Assembly: GCA_963833425.1 (NCBI GenBank) | Contig: CAWHXP010000015.1 | Coordinates: 134,817-198,816 of the forward strand | DNA: 64,000 nt | Origin: an uncultured Methanosarcinaceae archaeon | GTDB taxonomy: Archaea; Halobacteriota; Methanosarcinia; Methanosarcinales; Methanosarcinaceae | Direction: 5' to 3' | Program-made: the position numbers and the translations under genes | Notes under the pieces: generated by a model | The model's database searches: none | What the model was told of the DNA's origin: nothing | What the model saw: only the letters and a program-made list of their open reading frames with translations | Part shown: positions 22,762-33,972 of the stretch, in pieces | Layout: each line of letters starts with the position of its first letter | Position numbering within the stretch: position 1 is the stretch's first letter

Positions 22762-23058
22762 AGTAAATAATCTAAACGGTTTAGCAGTTAATAATGTTTT
22801 TTCACCCCAAAGCTGAATTTAATTACATTATATATTTGTCTACAAAGATGTTTCTTTGTTAGTAAATAATCTAAATGATTTAGCAGTTAATAATGTTTTT
22901 TCACCCCAAAGCTGAATTTAATTACATTATATATTTGTCTACAAAGATGTTTCTTTGTTAGTAAATAATCTAAATGATTTAGCAGTTAATAATGTTTTTT
23001 CACCTCAGATCTGGATACAATTACATTATATATTTGTCTACAAAGATATTTCTTTGTT
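22762..23058. repeat. Tandem direct repeat, 3 x 99 bp
   Basis: Units start AGTAAATAATCTAAA at 22762, 22861 and 22960; units 1 and 2 are near identical, unit 3 is more diverged. Confidence 0.95.
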
Positions 23059-23391
23059 ATCAGACCGGGTAACAAAGTTAAAACATTCTGTTTTTTTGAA
23101 AACTGCCTTATTCAAGAGAACATTTTTAAGTACAGAAGGTTTATCGAGCACAAGCAAGCTACTATATGGGATACGGATACGGCTGCCATATATAATGTAT
23201 TCTTTTCTGAATACCGAAGCTTTTTATTATTTTCTGGATTATTTTGGGAACCCTGGAGGATATTCAAAAATCTCTATAATATTTTGCAATGTATTGGTAA
23301 TTTACGACTTCGTCTAAGGGTGATAGTGTATAAACCTATCTTCTGTCGTAATTTAATGTTGTGTGGTTGCCAGTGATTTTATTAAGGGTAT

Positions 23392-23937
23392 TTATTTCCT
23401 ATCGAAGAAGATGTTTTTCCCTGTTACACTCAGAGGAATTCCAAAAACAACATCAGCATCCAGCAAGCCCGACACCCTTGAAGCTGCACCAATTGTGTAC
23501 ATAACTCTGTTGTCGATACAGAAATCTTTGGCTTTTGCAACAGCTGCACCTACAGCAATTCCCAGGTCTACATGCTTAAACATACAATTTGGGCCTTTAA
23601 ACTCTGCTTCTAACTTTTGCTGGTTCAACATCTCTACACAGGTTTCAAATCCACAGGCTCGGCAATCAAGACCTGCAGCTCCGCTAGTTTTAACGCCTAT
23701 AAGGATCGCGACCCCAGCGTTTCTGAGGTTTACAGCATCCCTTTTCAGGAAATCGAAGCCTGCGCCTTTTTCATCTGCCAGCTTTTCCATTGTCAGGGCA
23801 AGGACTTCGATATCATCTTTTTCAACAAAGGCAGTTACGATGTCGTCTATTCCTTTGGTTTTTGGGGCAGTCCGTGCAGCCAGCAGGATACTCTTTGCAA
23901 GTGTCTCAAGGGTCTCAAATTCAGGATTCAGGATCAT
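23392..23937 (-). CDS. Ferredoxin-domain (DUF2148-like) protein
   Basis: AARTAPK, CRACGFETC, GPNC..DLGIAVG and GKNIFFDR; start placed at MILNPE. Confidence 0.85.
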   Translation of the reverse strand: MILNPEFETLETLAKSILLAARTAPKTKGIDDIVTAFVEKDDIEVLALTMEKLADEKGAGFDFLKRDAVNLRNAGVAILIGVKTSGAAGLDCRACGFETCVEMLNQQKLEAEFKGPNCMFKHVDLGIAVGAAVAKAKDFCIDNRVMYTIGAASRVSGLLDADVVFGIPLSVTGKNIFFDRK

Positions 23938-24019
23938 ATCCAGATAATTGAATTTTTTGAGGTTTAAGTGTTTCGCAGGTTTTTGAAAGGACTGTACATT
24001 CTTTTGTTTTTTTTTGAAA

Positions 24020-25215
24020 GTTAAAATACTCCCAGCTTGAAGATGAGTATGAATCCACACGATTTCTTCCGAAATCCTCTGCGAAAAAACTTCAGTTTTA
24101 TTCCCATGTATTACAAAGACTCTGATTGTGTCTTTTTTGCAGAAATCTTTACAAGCTTCTTGAGTTCACTGTTCATCTGTGGTGGAAAAGTCGTACTCTT
24201 TATTTTGGCCTAGAGTGTAAGGACCTCTTCTTTTGTTAAATAATTCTATTTTCAAGAATCAGTCGTCCATTTGTGCCTTTAACTTGGTAGCCGGTAAGAG
24301 TATTTTTGATATGGGATCTTTATAAGGTGGCTCAGATAATAAAGAGCTGGTCCCAAGTCCAACATCCCAGCTATCGTGCTAATAACTGAAGGCTTTTTAA
24401 TGACTAAATCCCTCTGCTGGACTTTTACGGGAATCGCAAGTATTAAAACCCTATAAAAAGCTCAGGGTTTCTCCGGTATTCAGAGTATTTTGTAAGCATT
24501 TTTACATCCAGGTCCATAGGATCTATAAGCCCTGATAGTGTCTTCAAGGAGCATCAGGACCTCCTGAGTCTTACCTATTGTAAGGGCGGTACACTTTCTC
24601 TTAGAGTATCTGGGACTGATTCGATGAACCGTTCTCTGGTTAATTTTCGTGGGACATATTCTTACTCGAAATACGTGTTCTGGAGCACAAAAATGTCTGC
24701 TTCAGGAAATTTGTCTGTACATGTACGAACCTTGTTTCTTTCAGGCTGAAATCTCCTTATGAATAGACTTTCTCTGTTTTCTGATTACATCTAGATTCCC
24801 GAAGCACCAGTGATATGACCCGTATTGTAAAAGCAAATTCTGTATCCTTTTGTTTTTAATGTATCCCCATAATCAATTTTTCGTGTCCTGCGGCTAAGTT
24901 GATGGAGATCTTTAGGACTAAAAGGGGATATAATGAAAGTGTAGTCTTTGCGAGTTTGAGGGTGTTTCTCCCTAGAAGGTTGGTAAACCCTGAGTCTTTG
25001 GATTCATGTAGATCTCTGGATTCTGGTACATCAAGTAGGCACTGCTGCACAATTGTCAAGGCGTCAATGTGAAACAAGAACTGTCTTGGGTCCAATGTCG
25101 TTGAGAGGATATTAGAGTACGTCTCTTACTTTCATTACATAATCACCCAGTATTTCCACATTTACGAGTAAACCAGAACTTCCGACTTTCCTATATCAAT
25201 TTTTAAAGGCCAGTT
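24020..25215 (-). pseudogene. Degraded MBL-fold beta-CASP ribonuclease (aCPSF2-like)
   Basis: Broken-frame fragments in the expected order: PKTVLVSH, GH(I).GA, IG.TQE, AGML..GP, LTGYQV.GT.GR, YDFS.H and VFVIHG; many stops and indels. Confidence 0.75.
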
Positions 25216-25255
25216 ATAAAATAAAAAAAATCTTTAACTTTATATTACGAAATAG

Positions 25256-25396
25256 CCATTCCACAGATATATATAACTGGAGAATTAGTTTGCCGATTTG
25301 CCCATAATTCTTCATTCAAAATTAGATTTAATTCTTAAGTTACTTCCATATTGAGAAAAATATATAGAATTTTTGTGTACATCTGCAAAACACGGG
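25256..25396. mobile_element. ~140-bp MITE-like repeat, family B
   Basis: Right end TTTGTGTACATCTGCAAAACACGGG; interior matches the other family B copies. Confidence 0.6.
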
Positions 25397-25563
25397 ATCA
25401 TTTTGATTTAGTCGCAACTTTCTTGTTAATAAATGATTTTATTTCTTATATTTGGAGATGATCAAAAAGTTCACAAATATAAAAAATCCCATGGCTCTTT
25501 CACGTTATAAATTACAATGCTATTATATTCCTTCCAAAAATGGACGAAAATTGAGGATTTTAT

Positions 25564-26028
25564 ATGAAAATAGTTGATTATAAGAAAATAATGATTGCAA
25601 CCGATGGCTCAGACTGTTCCAGGCTGGCTATTGACAAAGGAATAGAGCTTGCTAGAATAAGTGGGGGAACAGTTTATGCAGTCCACGTGATACCAACAGC
25701 CTACTTATTCCCTATAGATGGAGATTATTTTATGGGTATGAATCCTTATTGGGAGTCGATACATGAGGCGTTGAAAAATCAGGGTCAAAAGGCTTTAGAT
25801 TATATAAAAGACTTAGGAGGAGTAAAAGGAATCAATGTGGAATCTATTCTGCTTGAAGGCAATCCCTCAGAAGAATTGATTCAGTATGCTGATAAGGAAA
25901 AATTGGATATCATTATTATTGGCACTCTCGGAAAGACAGGATTAAATAGAATGCTTATGGGCAGCGTTGCGGGAAATGTGGTCCGGCACTCCAGAGTTCC
26001 TGTCATGATTGTAAGAAAAAAAGTATGA
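25564..26028 (+). CDS. Universal stress protein (UspA family)
   Basis: KIMIATDGS, GNP.EE, IIIGTLGKTG..RMLMGSVA..VVRHS.VPV. Confidence 0.93.
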   Translation: MKIVDYKKIMIATDGSDCSRLAIDKGIELARISGGTVYAVHVIPTAYLFPIDGDYFMGMNPYWESIHEALKNQGQKALDYIKDLGGVKGINVESILLEGNPSEELIQYADKEKLDIIIIGTLGKTGLNRMLMGSVAGNVVRHSRVPVMIVRKKV

Positions 26029-26056
26029 GCTATAAGACTGATTTAAGGTGAACTAT

Positions 26057-26146
26057 AGAAAATTTCGATAAATCATTAAATTTCATCATATTCTTATAGT
26101 GCTATCTAAATGTTTAATGAAAATAAGAGATTTATCGAAATTCTCT
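26057..26146. mobile_element. ~90-bp MITE, family A
   Basis: AGAAAATTTCGATAAA...TTTATCGAAATTCTCT inverted ends. Confidence 0.75.
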
Positions 26147-26222
26147 AACAGATTGTAGCTTCTGTGTTTTGCTTTTTTTCAGATTTGTACTATGGATCTA
26201 GAATCAAAATTTTCTTTAGCAG

Positions 26223-26515
26223 GATACTGCATTAGCGTTAGGCATAATTATCGACTAATTTATTTAAAATATCTCAAATATGCTTTAGCTGACGGAAATA
26301 ATTGGATAATTAAAAAAAATTTTGCAGAAGTAAATCCAAGAGCATAAACATATTGGAGCAAGAAATAATAATGGTTGATTAAAGGGACAAAAGTTTTATT
26401 TTGAGATTATCAGATACTGGAACAGTTTTGCTTAAAAGTACTGATCTGGAAAATTCTGATAGTCCTATATACAGCTTCCAACTAACCTTGTAGCCCAGTT
26501 AGATGTCGAACTCGT
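26223..26515 (+). pseudogene. Histidine kinase (HisKA_2/HATPase) C-terminal remnant
   Basis: Broken frames read DTALALGIII.., KYA, FILRLSDTG..DLENSDS and LVAQLD, typical of Methanosarcina sensor kinases. Confidence 0.55.
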
Positions 26516-27344
26516 ATTTCTCATCTATTTTTTGAGATTTGTTAGCAAAATAGATGGAATCGCAACATCAGACAGAAATAAAAGTATGCTACTGCAAATT
26601 CCACGATTAGACCTACGGTATTCTCTATATAATGTCTTTTTTGTCAATATAATCGGAATTACGATTTCTATAAGAACTGCATTAATTAAAATGATTTAAT
26701 CAATGATATGTAGTGGATAATAGACAATGGATTGTTAAAACTTTGGATAAATGAAGTTATAAAAATCTCTATCATGTTTTTTAGATACCGGTATACACGC
26801 TTGAATTTTCTTTTTCTCCAATTGGCATAATTCAAAACTAATCTGAAATATTTAAAAATATTCAAAAAAATCCAAGTCAAAAATTGAATATTCTAGCATT
26901 CAAAATATTAATCAGTTGTAAGAAAAATCTGGATATTGAAATAAACTAAATGATAATTATTTAAACTTGAAAGACTGCTTATTATGTGTACATTGTTGTA
27001 CAAAAAATTCATTACAAATGAGTGTGAAAACATAAGATGCTCCAATGTTTAATTAAAAAAATCAAAATATTATAAAATAATTATCCACTTTTTTATTGAT
27101 TTAAAATCATTATAGTTCAGGTGCATTAGATTTTGACTATGCGTCAAAATCGACAGTAATTCAGGAGATATTGAATTTAGAACTCAAATATCTACATTAT
27201 TATCAAAAATATCATAGAATTGTATGTCATCAGATTTAATTCCTTATGGCTAGTCTTGTAAATAGAATGTTTCGGGGGAGACTAAACGCATACAAATAAA
27301 CGACCTTTAAGAGATTCCTTAGGATCCATGGGAGTTGAGAATGC

Positions 27345-29429
27345 ATGAAGAGGACGGGAGTAATATGTTTATTCTTTTTTGGCATTTCACTAATTATTGC
27401 ATTGAACATTGTAGCTTTTGGTTCTTCTGAAACCTCGATGCATAACACAATCATCTCAGGACATGAGGAGGCCTTGGATCCCAGTAGCATAAATTTATCA
27501 GTAAAACCTGGGGATGATTTCTATGAGTATGTCGATGGAGCTTGGATAAAAAACAATTCAGTGCCTGCGGACAAATCAAGTTATGGGGAGTTCGTGATAG
27601 TAAATGACAGAACTTACGACCGCGTCAAAAAAATAGTGGAGAACGCAGACAACAATGCTTCCGCTCCTGAGGGAAGTCTCGAGCAGAAGATCGGCAAGTT
27701 TTACTTTGTGGGAATGGATAATGCCACCCTAGAAAGGCAGCATTTGGATCCCATCAAAGGCGAGCTGAAGATGATAGATAGTATCTCCAACGCCTCAGAT
27801 GTCCTGGATGTATCGACGCAAATGATGGACCATGGTATAAATCCCTTCTTTTCTGCGTATGCCGCACCAGACCAAAAGAATAGCAAGGTCATGATAGCCA
27901 CCCTAAGTCAGGGAGGTCTAGGCCTCCCAGATAGAGATTTCTATCTCAGGCAGGATAACGAATCTATCCAGATCAGAAAGCAGTACCTGACCCACGTTGC
28001 CAAGATGTTAGTCTTGATCGGCGACAGCTCCGAGGTTGCTGAAAATAATGCCAGAACCGTAATGAAGATAGAGAAAAGGCTAGCCAATGCATCCTTTACT
28101 AATGTGGCCGACAAAGATGCGGTCAAAACATATAACAAGATGAACCTTGATGAACTTCAGGCCTTTGCTCCAGGTATGAGTTGGTTTCATATCTTCAGTG
28201 TTCTTGGTCGCTCAGACGTGGCTGAGGTCAATGTGAGAAATCCGTCCTTTTTCAAGGAATTGAGCATCTCTCTGCAGGAGGAGAGTGTAGCTGACTGGAA
28301 AACTTTTCTTCGCTGGAAGCTGATATCAGCCACGTCCCCCTATCTTAGCTCCGACCTAGAGAAGGAGCATTTTGATTTCTATGAGAAAAAACTCAATGGC
28401 CAGCAGGTGATGAAGCCCCGCTGGAAGAGGGTCCTTGATGCAGAATATGAGGCCATAGGTGAGGCCGTAGGCCGCGTTTATGTGGAAAGGTATTTCGACT
28501 TAAGTTCCAAGGCCAGGATGCAGGAGATGGTGTCTAACTTAAAAAAGGCCTTTAGGGAAAGAATTAAAAATTTGACATGGATGGAGCCTGAAACCAAGAA
28601 AAAAGCTCTCATGAAGCTTGAGGTCTTGGATATCCAGGTAGGCTACCCCGAAGAATGGCTAAATTATTCAGATCTTGAAGTGAAGAACGATTCGTATGTC
28701 ATGAATTTCCTTAATGCTTCTAAATTTAAGTTTCATCACGGTCCAGATGGGTTGGATAGGATAGGCAAGCCAGTAGATCGTAAGCTCTGGGAAATGAACC
28801 CCCAGGAAACTAACGCTTATGCTGATGTTAATAAGGTTCTTATAGTCTTCCCAGCGGGTATTCTTCAGCCTCCATTCTTCAATAAAGATGCTGATGATGC
28901 CGTCAACTACGGTGCCATAGGTGCTATTATAGGACACGAAATGACTCATCATTTCGATAGCCAGGGTAGGAAATTCGATATAAATGGGAATTTGACGGAA
29001 TGGTGGACGCCAAAAGATGCTGATAGCTTTAATAATAGCACAAGGATTTTGGTGAACGAGTACAACAGGTTTGAGGTCCTGCCAGGCCTGCACGTCAACG
29101 GCAACCTGACCTTGCAGGAGAACATAGCAGACTTCGGCGGATTGACCATGGCCTACCACGCCTATAGACTTTCATTAAAAGGGGAACCGGAGATGATAGA
29201 TGGATTCATTGGGGATCAGCGGTTTTTTTTAAGCTTCGCCCAGATGTGGAGTGAGTCTGATACTAACGAATTCCTAAGGACGCGAGCACTGACAGATTCC
29301 CACTCTCCCAACAGGTTCAGAGTCAATGGCGTTGTCTTCAATATTCCTGAATTTTACAAGGCGTTTCCTAGCGTAAGGTCAATGGATAAACTCTACAGGC
29401 TAGAGAGCGAGAGGCCTGTGATATGGTAG
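27345..29429 (+). CDS. M13-family (neprilysin/PepO-like) zinc metallopeptidase with N-terminal signal/anchor
   Basis: PGDDFY, NAY, FPAGILQPPFF, HEMTH, ENIAD.GG and HSP motifs. Confidence 0.93.
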   Translation: MKRTGVICLFFFGISLIIALNIVAFGSSETSMHNTIISGHEEALDPSSINLSVKPGDDFYEYVDGAWIKNNSVPADKSSYGEFVIVNDRTYDRVKKIVENADNNASAPEGSLEQKIGKFYFVGMDNATLERQHLDPIKGELKMIDSISNASDVLDVSTQMMDHGINPFFSAYAAPDQKNSKVMIATLSQGGLGLPDRDFYLRQDNESIQIRKQYLTHVAKMLVLIGDSSEVAENNARTVMKIEKRLANASFTNVADKDAVKTYNKMNLDELQAFAPGMSWFHIFSVLGRSDVAEVNVRNPSFFKELSISLQEESVADWKTFLRWKLISATSPYLSSDLEKEHFDFYEKKLNGQQVMKPRWKRVLDAEYEAIGEAVGRVYVERYFDLSSKARMQEMVSNLKKAFRERIKNLTWMEPETKKKALMKLEVLDIQVGYPEEWLNYSDLEVKNDSYVMNFLNASKFKFHHGPDGLDRIGKPVDRKLWEMNPQETNAYADVNKVLIVFPAGILQPPFFNKDADDAVNYGAIGAIIGHEMTHHFDSQGRKFDINGNLTEWWTPKDADSFNNSTRILVNEYNRFEVLPGLHVNGNLTLQENIADFGGLTMAYHAYRLSLKGEPEMIDGFIGDQRFFLSFAQMWSESDTNEFLRTRALTDSHSPNRFRVNGVVFNIPEFYKAFPSVRSMDKLYRLESERPVIW

Positions 29430-29436
29430 GATTAAA

Positions 29437-29940
29437 GGTTCCGTTGCAAAAAATCCTTTCTAATGATACTATAGAATAAAAAGAAAATCAAAGATAGTAA
29501 CATGCTATCTAATTCCTTTAAATGGAAGCATTATGAAGGAGAAATTATCCTATTGAATGTAAGATGGTACTTAAAATACCCATTGAGCTATAGAAATTTA
29601 AAGGGAATGATGATAGAAAGAGGAATTCAAGTTGATCACAGTACTATAATGAGATGGGTACATCAATATTCACCTGAGATAGAAAAGAGGATAAGAATGC
29701 ATTTAAGATAACAAATGATTCATGGAGAGTTGATGAAACCTATATCAAAGTAAAAGGTGAATGGAAATATCTTTACCGAGCAGTTGACTCAGATGGAGAC
29801 ACAATTGATTCATGTTAAGTTCAAAACGAGATCTAAAAGCAGCAAAGAGATTTTTTAAGAAAGCTTTGAGTTCTAATCATAACTAAATTCCCTAAGTAAT
29901 AACCGTTGATAAGAATCCAGCTTATCCATCCGTAATAAAT
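29437..29940 (+). mobile_element. IS6-family 5' half (left IR plus frameshifted transposase)
   Basis: GGTTCCGTTGCAAAAA left IR; FKWKHY..IILLNVRWYLKYPLSYR, then WRVDETYIKVKG and TVDKNPAY in shifted frames. Confidence 0.88.
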
Positions 29941-30019
29941 ATCTGCTGTCTCACCAAGTCGGAAATTATTACCCACCTAGGTTTAAAAGACGATTTAATT
30001 GAGAAAATCCAAAAATCCT

Positions 30020-30102
30020 GCTTCGAAGGAGTTGATCTTGAAGGAGTTGAATTTAGAGAAGCTCACTATTTAACATTTGACCAGCTTTCTAAAGTGAAGA
30101 CA
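30020..30102 (+). pseudogene. Pentapeptide-repeat protein C-terminal remnant
   Basis: Translates FEGVDLEGVEFREAHYLTFDQLSKVKT. Confidence 0.45.
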
Positions 30103-30169
30103 TGATCTCTTTCCTTTATCACGAGAATTTAGTTCTGTATCAACTAACTATAGTAGAATTACCATATTT

Positions 30170-30496
30170 GAAAATTTTGGCGATGCCAGTAGATATTAAA
30201 AAGTCTCTGAGTTAACAATTTGTTAGCTTTCTTGATGCTAAAATTATCGGTGAGCTTATAGCTCACTAATTTTATCAATAAGCTATTGAAATCTAAACTC
30301 CTGCTTTTACGCTTGTTAAAAATATCATAAAAATTAATTTTTTCATAAAAGAATTGAACAGCAAATATCGGTCCTATAGGAACACATATATTCTTGTTGT
30401 GAATAGTGAAAGTGCTCTTATTTTTGTTTTTGTATTCATTGAACCGAATAGAATTAAACAAAGAGCACTTATTTTTATCTAATTATCAAAGTCAGG
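30170..30496 (-). mobile_element. IS1634-like 5' remnant
   Basis: NKNICVPIG..AVQ.FYEK.NF..IF.K.KS..LD.NSL...LVSYKLTDNFSIK resembles the N-terminus of Methanosarcina IS1634-type transposases; putative left end CCTGACTTTG at 30496. Confidence 0.65.
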
Positions 30497-30529
30497 TTCT
30501 TATGCCATATTGAATCAAAGGGGTGTTCG

Positions 30530-33379
30530 ATGGAGACAAAATTGACTGGTAGCAAAAGCAAGATTTGTTCTCCGCAAGGCGATGAGCATAAAATCTCTCT
30601 TCCAGAGTTCCTTCAAAGATTAGAAATTGACGAAAGCGGAATCACCGAGCAGGAAGCTGCAAGGAGGCGTCAGGAATGTGGACCCAACGTTCTCGAAGAA
30701 ACAGCGAAGGAGAGCATATTACGCAAGTGTATGAGGCAATTTCGGAATTTTTTCTCAATTTTGCTTATTATAGGAGCCATTCTGTCCTTCCTTGGAGAAT
30801 ACCTTGATCCTGGGAAAGGGAATCTGTATATTGGAATTGCTCTTGGTGTAGTTGTAATCCTTAATGGAACTTTCACATTCGTGCAGGAATACCAGGCTGC
30901 AAAAACGATGGAAAGTTTTCGGCAGCTTCTCCCTCCCCGTGCAAAGATTTTAAGGGAAGGTAAAGTCAGAGACGTTTTGGCGTCAGAACTTGTTGTAGGA
31001 GATATCATCCTTCTTGAGGAAGGAGATAAGGTCCCGGCTGATGGGCGCTTAATTGAGACAAATTCTCTAAAAGTTGATCATTCGACCATCACAGGAGAAG
31101 CAGAGCCTCAGCTGCGCTCTCTTGAATGCACTAGCTCGAGTATACTTGAGTCCCGAAATATGGTTTTTTCCGGGACGCTAGTACAAAGCGGAAATGGAAA
31201 AGCTATCGTCTTCGGAACAGGACAGGATACCCAGATTGGAAACCTTGCGATACTCACAGAACAGGTTGTGAGCGTAGATACTCCCATCCGGAGAGAACTC
31301 AACCGCTTTATAAAAATCATTTCTGCAATTGCGATTTTTATGGGGGTAACTTTCTTCATTCTTGCGTTTTTTCTTAAGAATACCTTTCTTGCAAGCCTCA
31401 TCTTTGCGATCGGAATTATCGTTGCAAATGTGCCTGAAGGGCTTTTGCCCACGGTAACTCTTGCACTTAGCCTAGCTTCCAGGCGAATGGCTTCGCAGAA
31501 TGCCCTTATAAAGAACCTCGAATCCGTAGAAACTTTGGGCTCGACTACTGTCATCTGCACTGACAAAACCGGAACTCTTACCCAGAACAGGATGGCAGTA
31601 AATTCTCTCATCGTTGGTTTTGAAAGTCTCGTGCCTAAAATACCTTCAGGTCTTAAAAAAGTGGTTGCAGAGCAGGAGGCAGAAGAAAGTGCAAAACAAG
31701 GCATTGCAGGAAAAGTTACAAGGTCAGGAGCAAAAAGGATTTATATTGTAGAAAGTCCCATGTGGGATCCTGAAAAGGTGTCTCCTGCTTTAATAAGGGT
31801 CGCAGGACTATGTAATAACTCAAAACTTCGCGAATTGCCCACTGGATATACCGGCGATCCTACCGAAGGAGCACTTCTTGTTTTTGCAAATAGTTTCCAG
31901 GATATAAAAACGCTTCAGAGTGATTATCAAAGGCTGAAAGAGTTTCCTTTTGATTCTTTTACCAAGAGAATGGAAGTTATCTGCCGCACTCCTGAAGGTA
32001 AACTTGAAGTATACCTTAAAGGTGCTCCCGAAGTGGTTGTGGAAATGTGTGTAGCAATTATGGAATCAGGAGAGACGGGGGAACTGACCAAAGACAAGAA
32101 AAAGGAACTCTTTGACCAGCATCTTAGACTTGCAGAAAGAGGAGAACGTGTAATTGCCCTTGCATACAGGCAAGCAGAAGAGCAGAAAGAGTATACCGGA
32201 GATTTTGTTTTCCTGGGATTTATCGGGATTGTAGACCCTCCACGTCCCGAAGCCAGAGATGCTATTGCAAAATGTCATACAGCCGGGATAAAAGTTGTTA
32301 TGATAACCGGTGATCACCCGGTCACTGCAGAAGCAATCGCAAAGAATGTGGGACTTGCGGATTCCGAAAACCTTGAAATAATTACCGGAGACGAGCTTAA
32401 GTCTCTCTCAAGTATAGATCTTTCTTCAAGATTGAAAAACCCAAGCATTGTATTCGCCCGTACTTCTCCTGCACAAAAACTGAAAATCGTGCAGCTTTTC
32501 CAGGCTGAAGGAGAGATTGTGACCATGACAGGAGATGGTGTTAATGATGCGCCTGCTATCAAGAATGCAGATATGGGGGTCGCAATGGGAAGCGGCACAG
32601 ACGTTGCCCGAGATGCTGCGGATATGGTGCTTCTGGATGATAACTTCGCTACAATCGTATATGCTGTAGAAGAAGGCAGAACCGTTTTTGATAATATAAA
32701 AAAGTTCATTGTGTATATCATTGCTCATACTATTCCTGAAGTTCTACCTTTTATAGCTTTCATCCTTTTTGCCCTGCCTCTTCCTATGCCAGTACAGCTT
32801 ATTCTGGCAATTGATCTTGGTACAGATATGCTGCCTGCGATTGCTCTTGGGGTGGAAAATGGAGAAGAGGGTATTATGAAAAGACCGCCCAGATCCAAGG
32901 ATGAAAAATTATTAACTCCTCAGGTACTTCTTACAGCTTACGGACTAAAAGGACCTATAGAAGCTCTTGCAGGCTTTTTCTGTTATTTTGCCGTACTTTT
33001 TGAAGGAGGTTGGAATTTCGGCGAGCAGCTTGCAAATAACAATCCTCTTTATATGCAGGCTATAACAGCTTTCTTTTCAGCGATAATAATCTGCCAGATA
33101 GCCAACGTTTTTGCATCCAGAACCAGGTTCCAGTCAGTCTTCACAATGGGATTATTCAGCAACCATATGATTCTTTTAGGGATTGCAAGTGAACTTTTGA
33201 TTCTAGCTTTTATTATCTGGAATCCATTTGCCAATCTTATTTTTAATACTTCACCCCTTGATCTAAGGTATGTATTGCTTTCCACTCCTTTTGCAATTTT
33301 CCTGCTTGGAATCGACGAGTTAAGGAAGTATTTGCTTAGAAAAAACGTGAGCTTGGTGACTAGATTTTTAAAGTGGTAA
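30530..33379 (+). CDS. Cation-transporting P-type ATPase (type IIC-like)
   Basis: ANVPEGLL, ICTDKTGTLT phosphorylation site, KGAPE, DPPR, GDGVNDAPA and LAIDLGTD. Confidence 0.93.
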   Translation: METKLTGSKSKICSPQGDEHKISLPEFLQRLEIDESGITEQEAARRRQECGPNVLEETAKESILRKCMRQFRNFFSILLIIGAILSFLGEYLDPGKGNLYIGIALGVVVILNGTFTFVQEYQAAKTMESFRQLLPPRAKILREGKVRDVLASELVVGDIILLEEGDKVPADGRLIETNSLKVDHSTITGEAEPQLRSLECTSSSILESRNMVFSGTLVQSGNGKAIVFGTGQDTQIGNLAILTEQVVSVDTPIRRELNRFIKIISAIAIFMGVTFFILAFFLKNTFLASLIFAIGIIVANVPEGLLPTVTLALSLASRRMASQNALIKNLESVETLGSTTVICTDKTGTLTQNRMAVNSLIVGFESLVPKIPSGLKKVVAEQEAEESAKQGIAGKVTRSGAKRIYIVESPMWDPEKVSPALIRVAGLCNNSKLRELPTGYTGDPTEGALLVFANSFQDIKTLQSDYQRLKEFPFDSFTKRMEVICRTPEGKLEVYLKGAPEVVVEMCVAIMESGETGELTKDKKKELFDQHLRLAERGERVIALAYRQAEEQKEYTGDFVFLGFIGIVDPPRPEARDAIAKCHTAGIKVVMITGDHPVTAEAIAKNVGLADSENLEIITGDELKSLSSIDLSSRLKNPSIVFARTSPAQKLKIVQLFQAEGEIVTMTGDGVNDAPAIKNADMGVAMGSGTDVARDAADMVLLDDNFATIVYAVEEGRTVFDNIKKFIVYIIAHTIPEVLPFIAFILFALPLPMPVQLILAIDLGTDMLPAIALGVENGEEGIMKRPPRSKDEKLLTPQVLLTAYGLKGPIEALAGFFCYFAVLFEGGWNFGEQLANNNPLYMQAITAFFSAIIICQIANVFASRTRFQSVFTMGLFSNHMILLGIASELLILAFIIWNPFANLIFNTSPLDLRYVLLSTPFAIFLLGIDELRKYLLRKNVSLVTRFLKW

Positions 33380-33972
33380 CTTAAAAGCTGTCTATGAATT
33401 ACCTATCAGGCTTACAATGTGATACACTTGTGGCTTTGTAGAAAACCTGTTTTAATCAGCTGCAAGAAGCTGAAAATGAATGAGTCAAAATATATCAGGT
33501 AATTCAGTTTTAATTAACAGAAATTAGTTATTTTAGAGAATTTCTACCTAATCCATATTTTGCATTCTCAAATATTCAAAATCAGGATAAAGAGCCAATC
33601 ATATTTACAGAACTTTCGGTACACTACCAGATCTATATAATTATTTTTTTCTTATTTTTCTATTTACGACGGGTGCTTGGGCTAATTAGTTCCAAGTGTT
33701 CCATGAGCTCCAGATGTCCTATAAGTCTCACAAGCTCCATGAGAAATAAATTCATATATTTTTTATTTTTTGTGGAACTTCGGAAATGAAGAGATTTTGA
33801 CACAAAAACTATGTATCAGTGAATTATAGTTTACAAAGCATCCGGTACATTGCCTGCACAGCTATTTATAATAGACAACCATTATTTAATTTATTTATAT
33901 TAAAGTGTTTTAACTTAATTTAAAATATTGTTCAATTGGCTCAGTTGTCTAGCCAGTATTGATGGGTAAATA

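Noticed and set aside
22762..23058. Possible CRISPR array or 33-aa (ankyrin-like) coding repeat
   Set aside because: Units are contiguous with no unique spacers and no cas genes are present; units 1 and 2 contain stops and have no ankyrin consensus.
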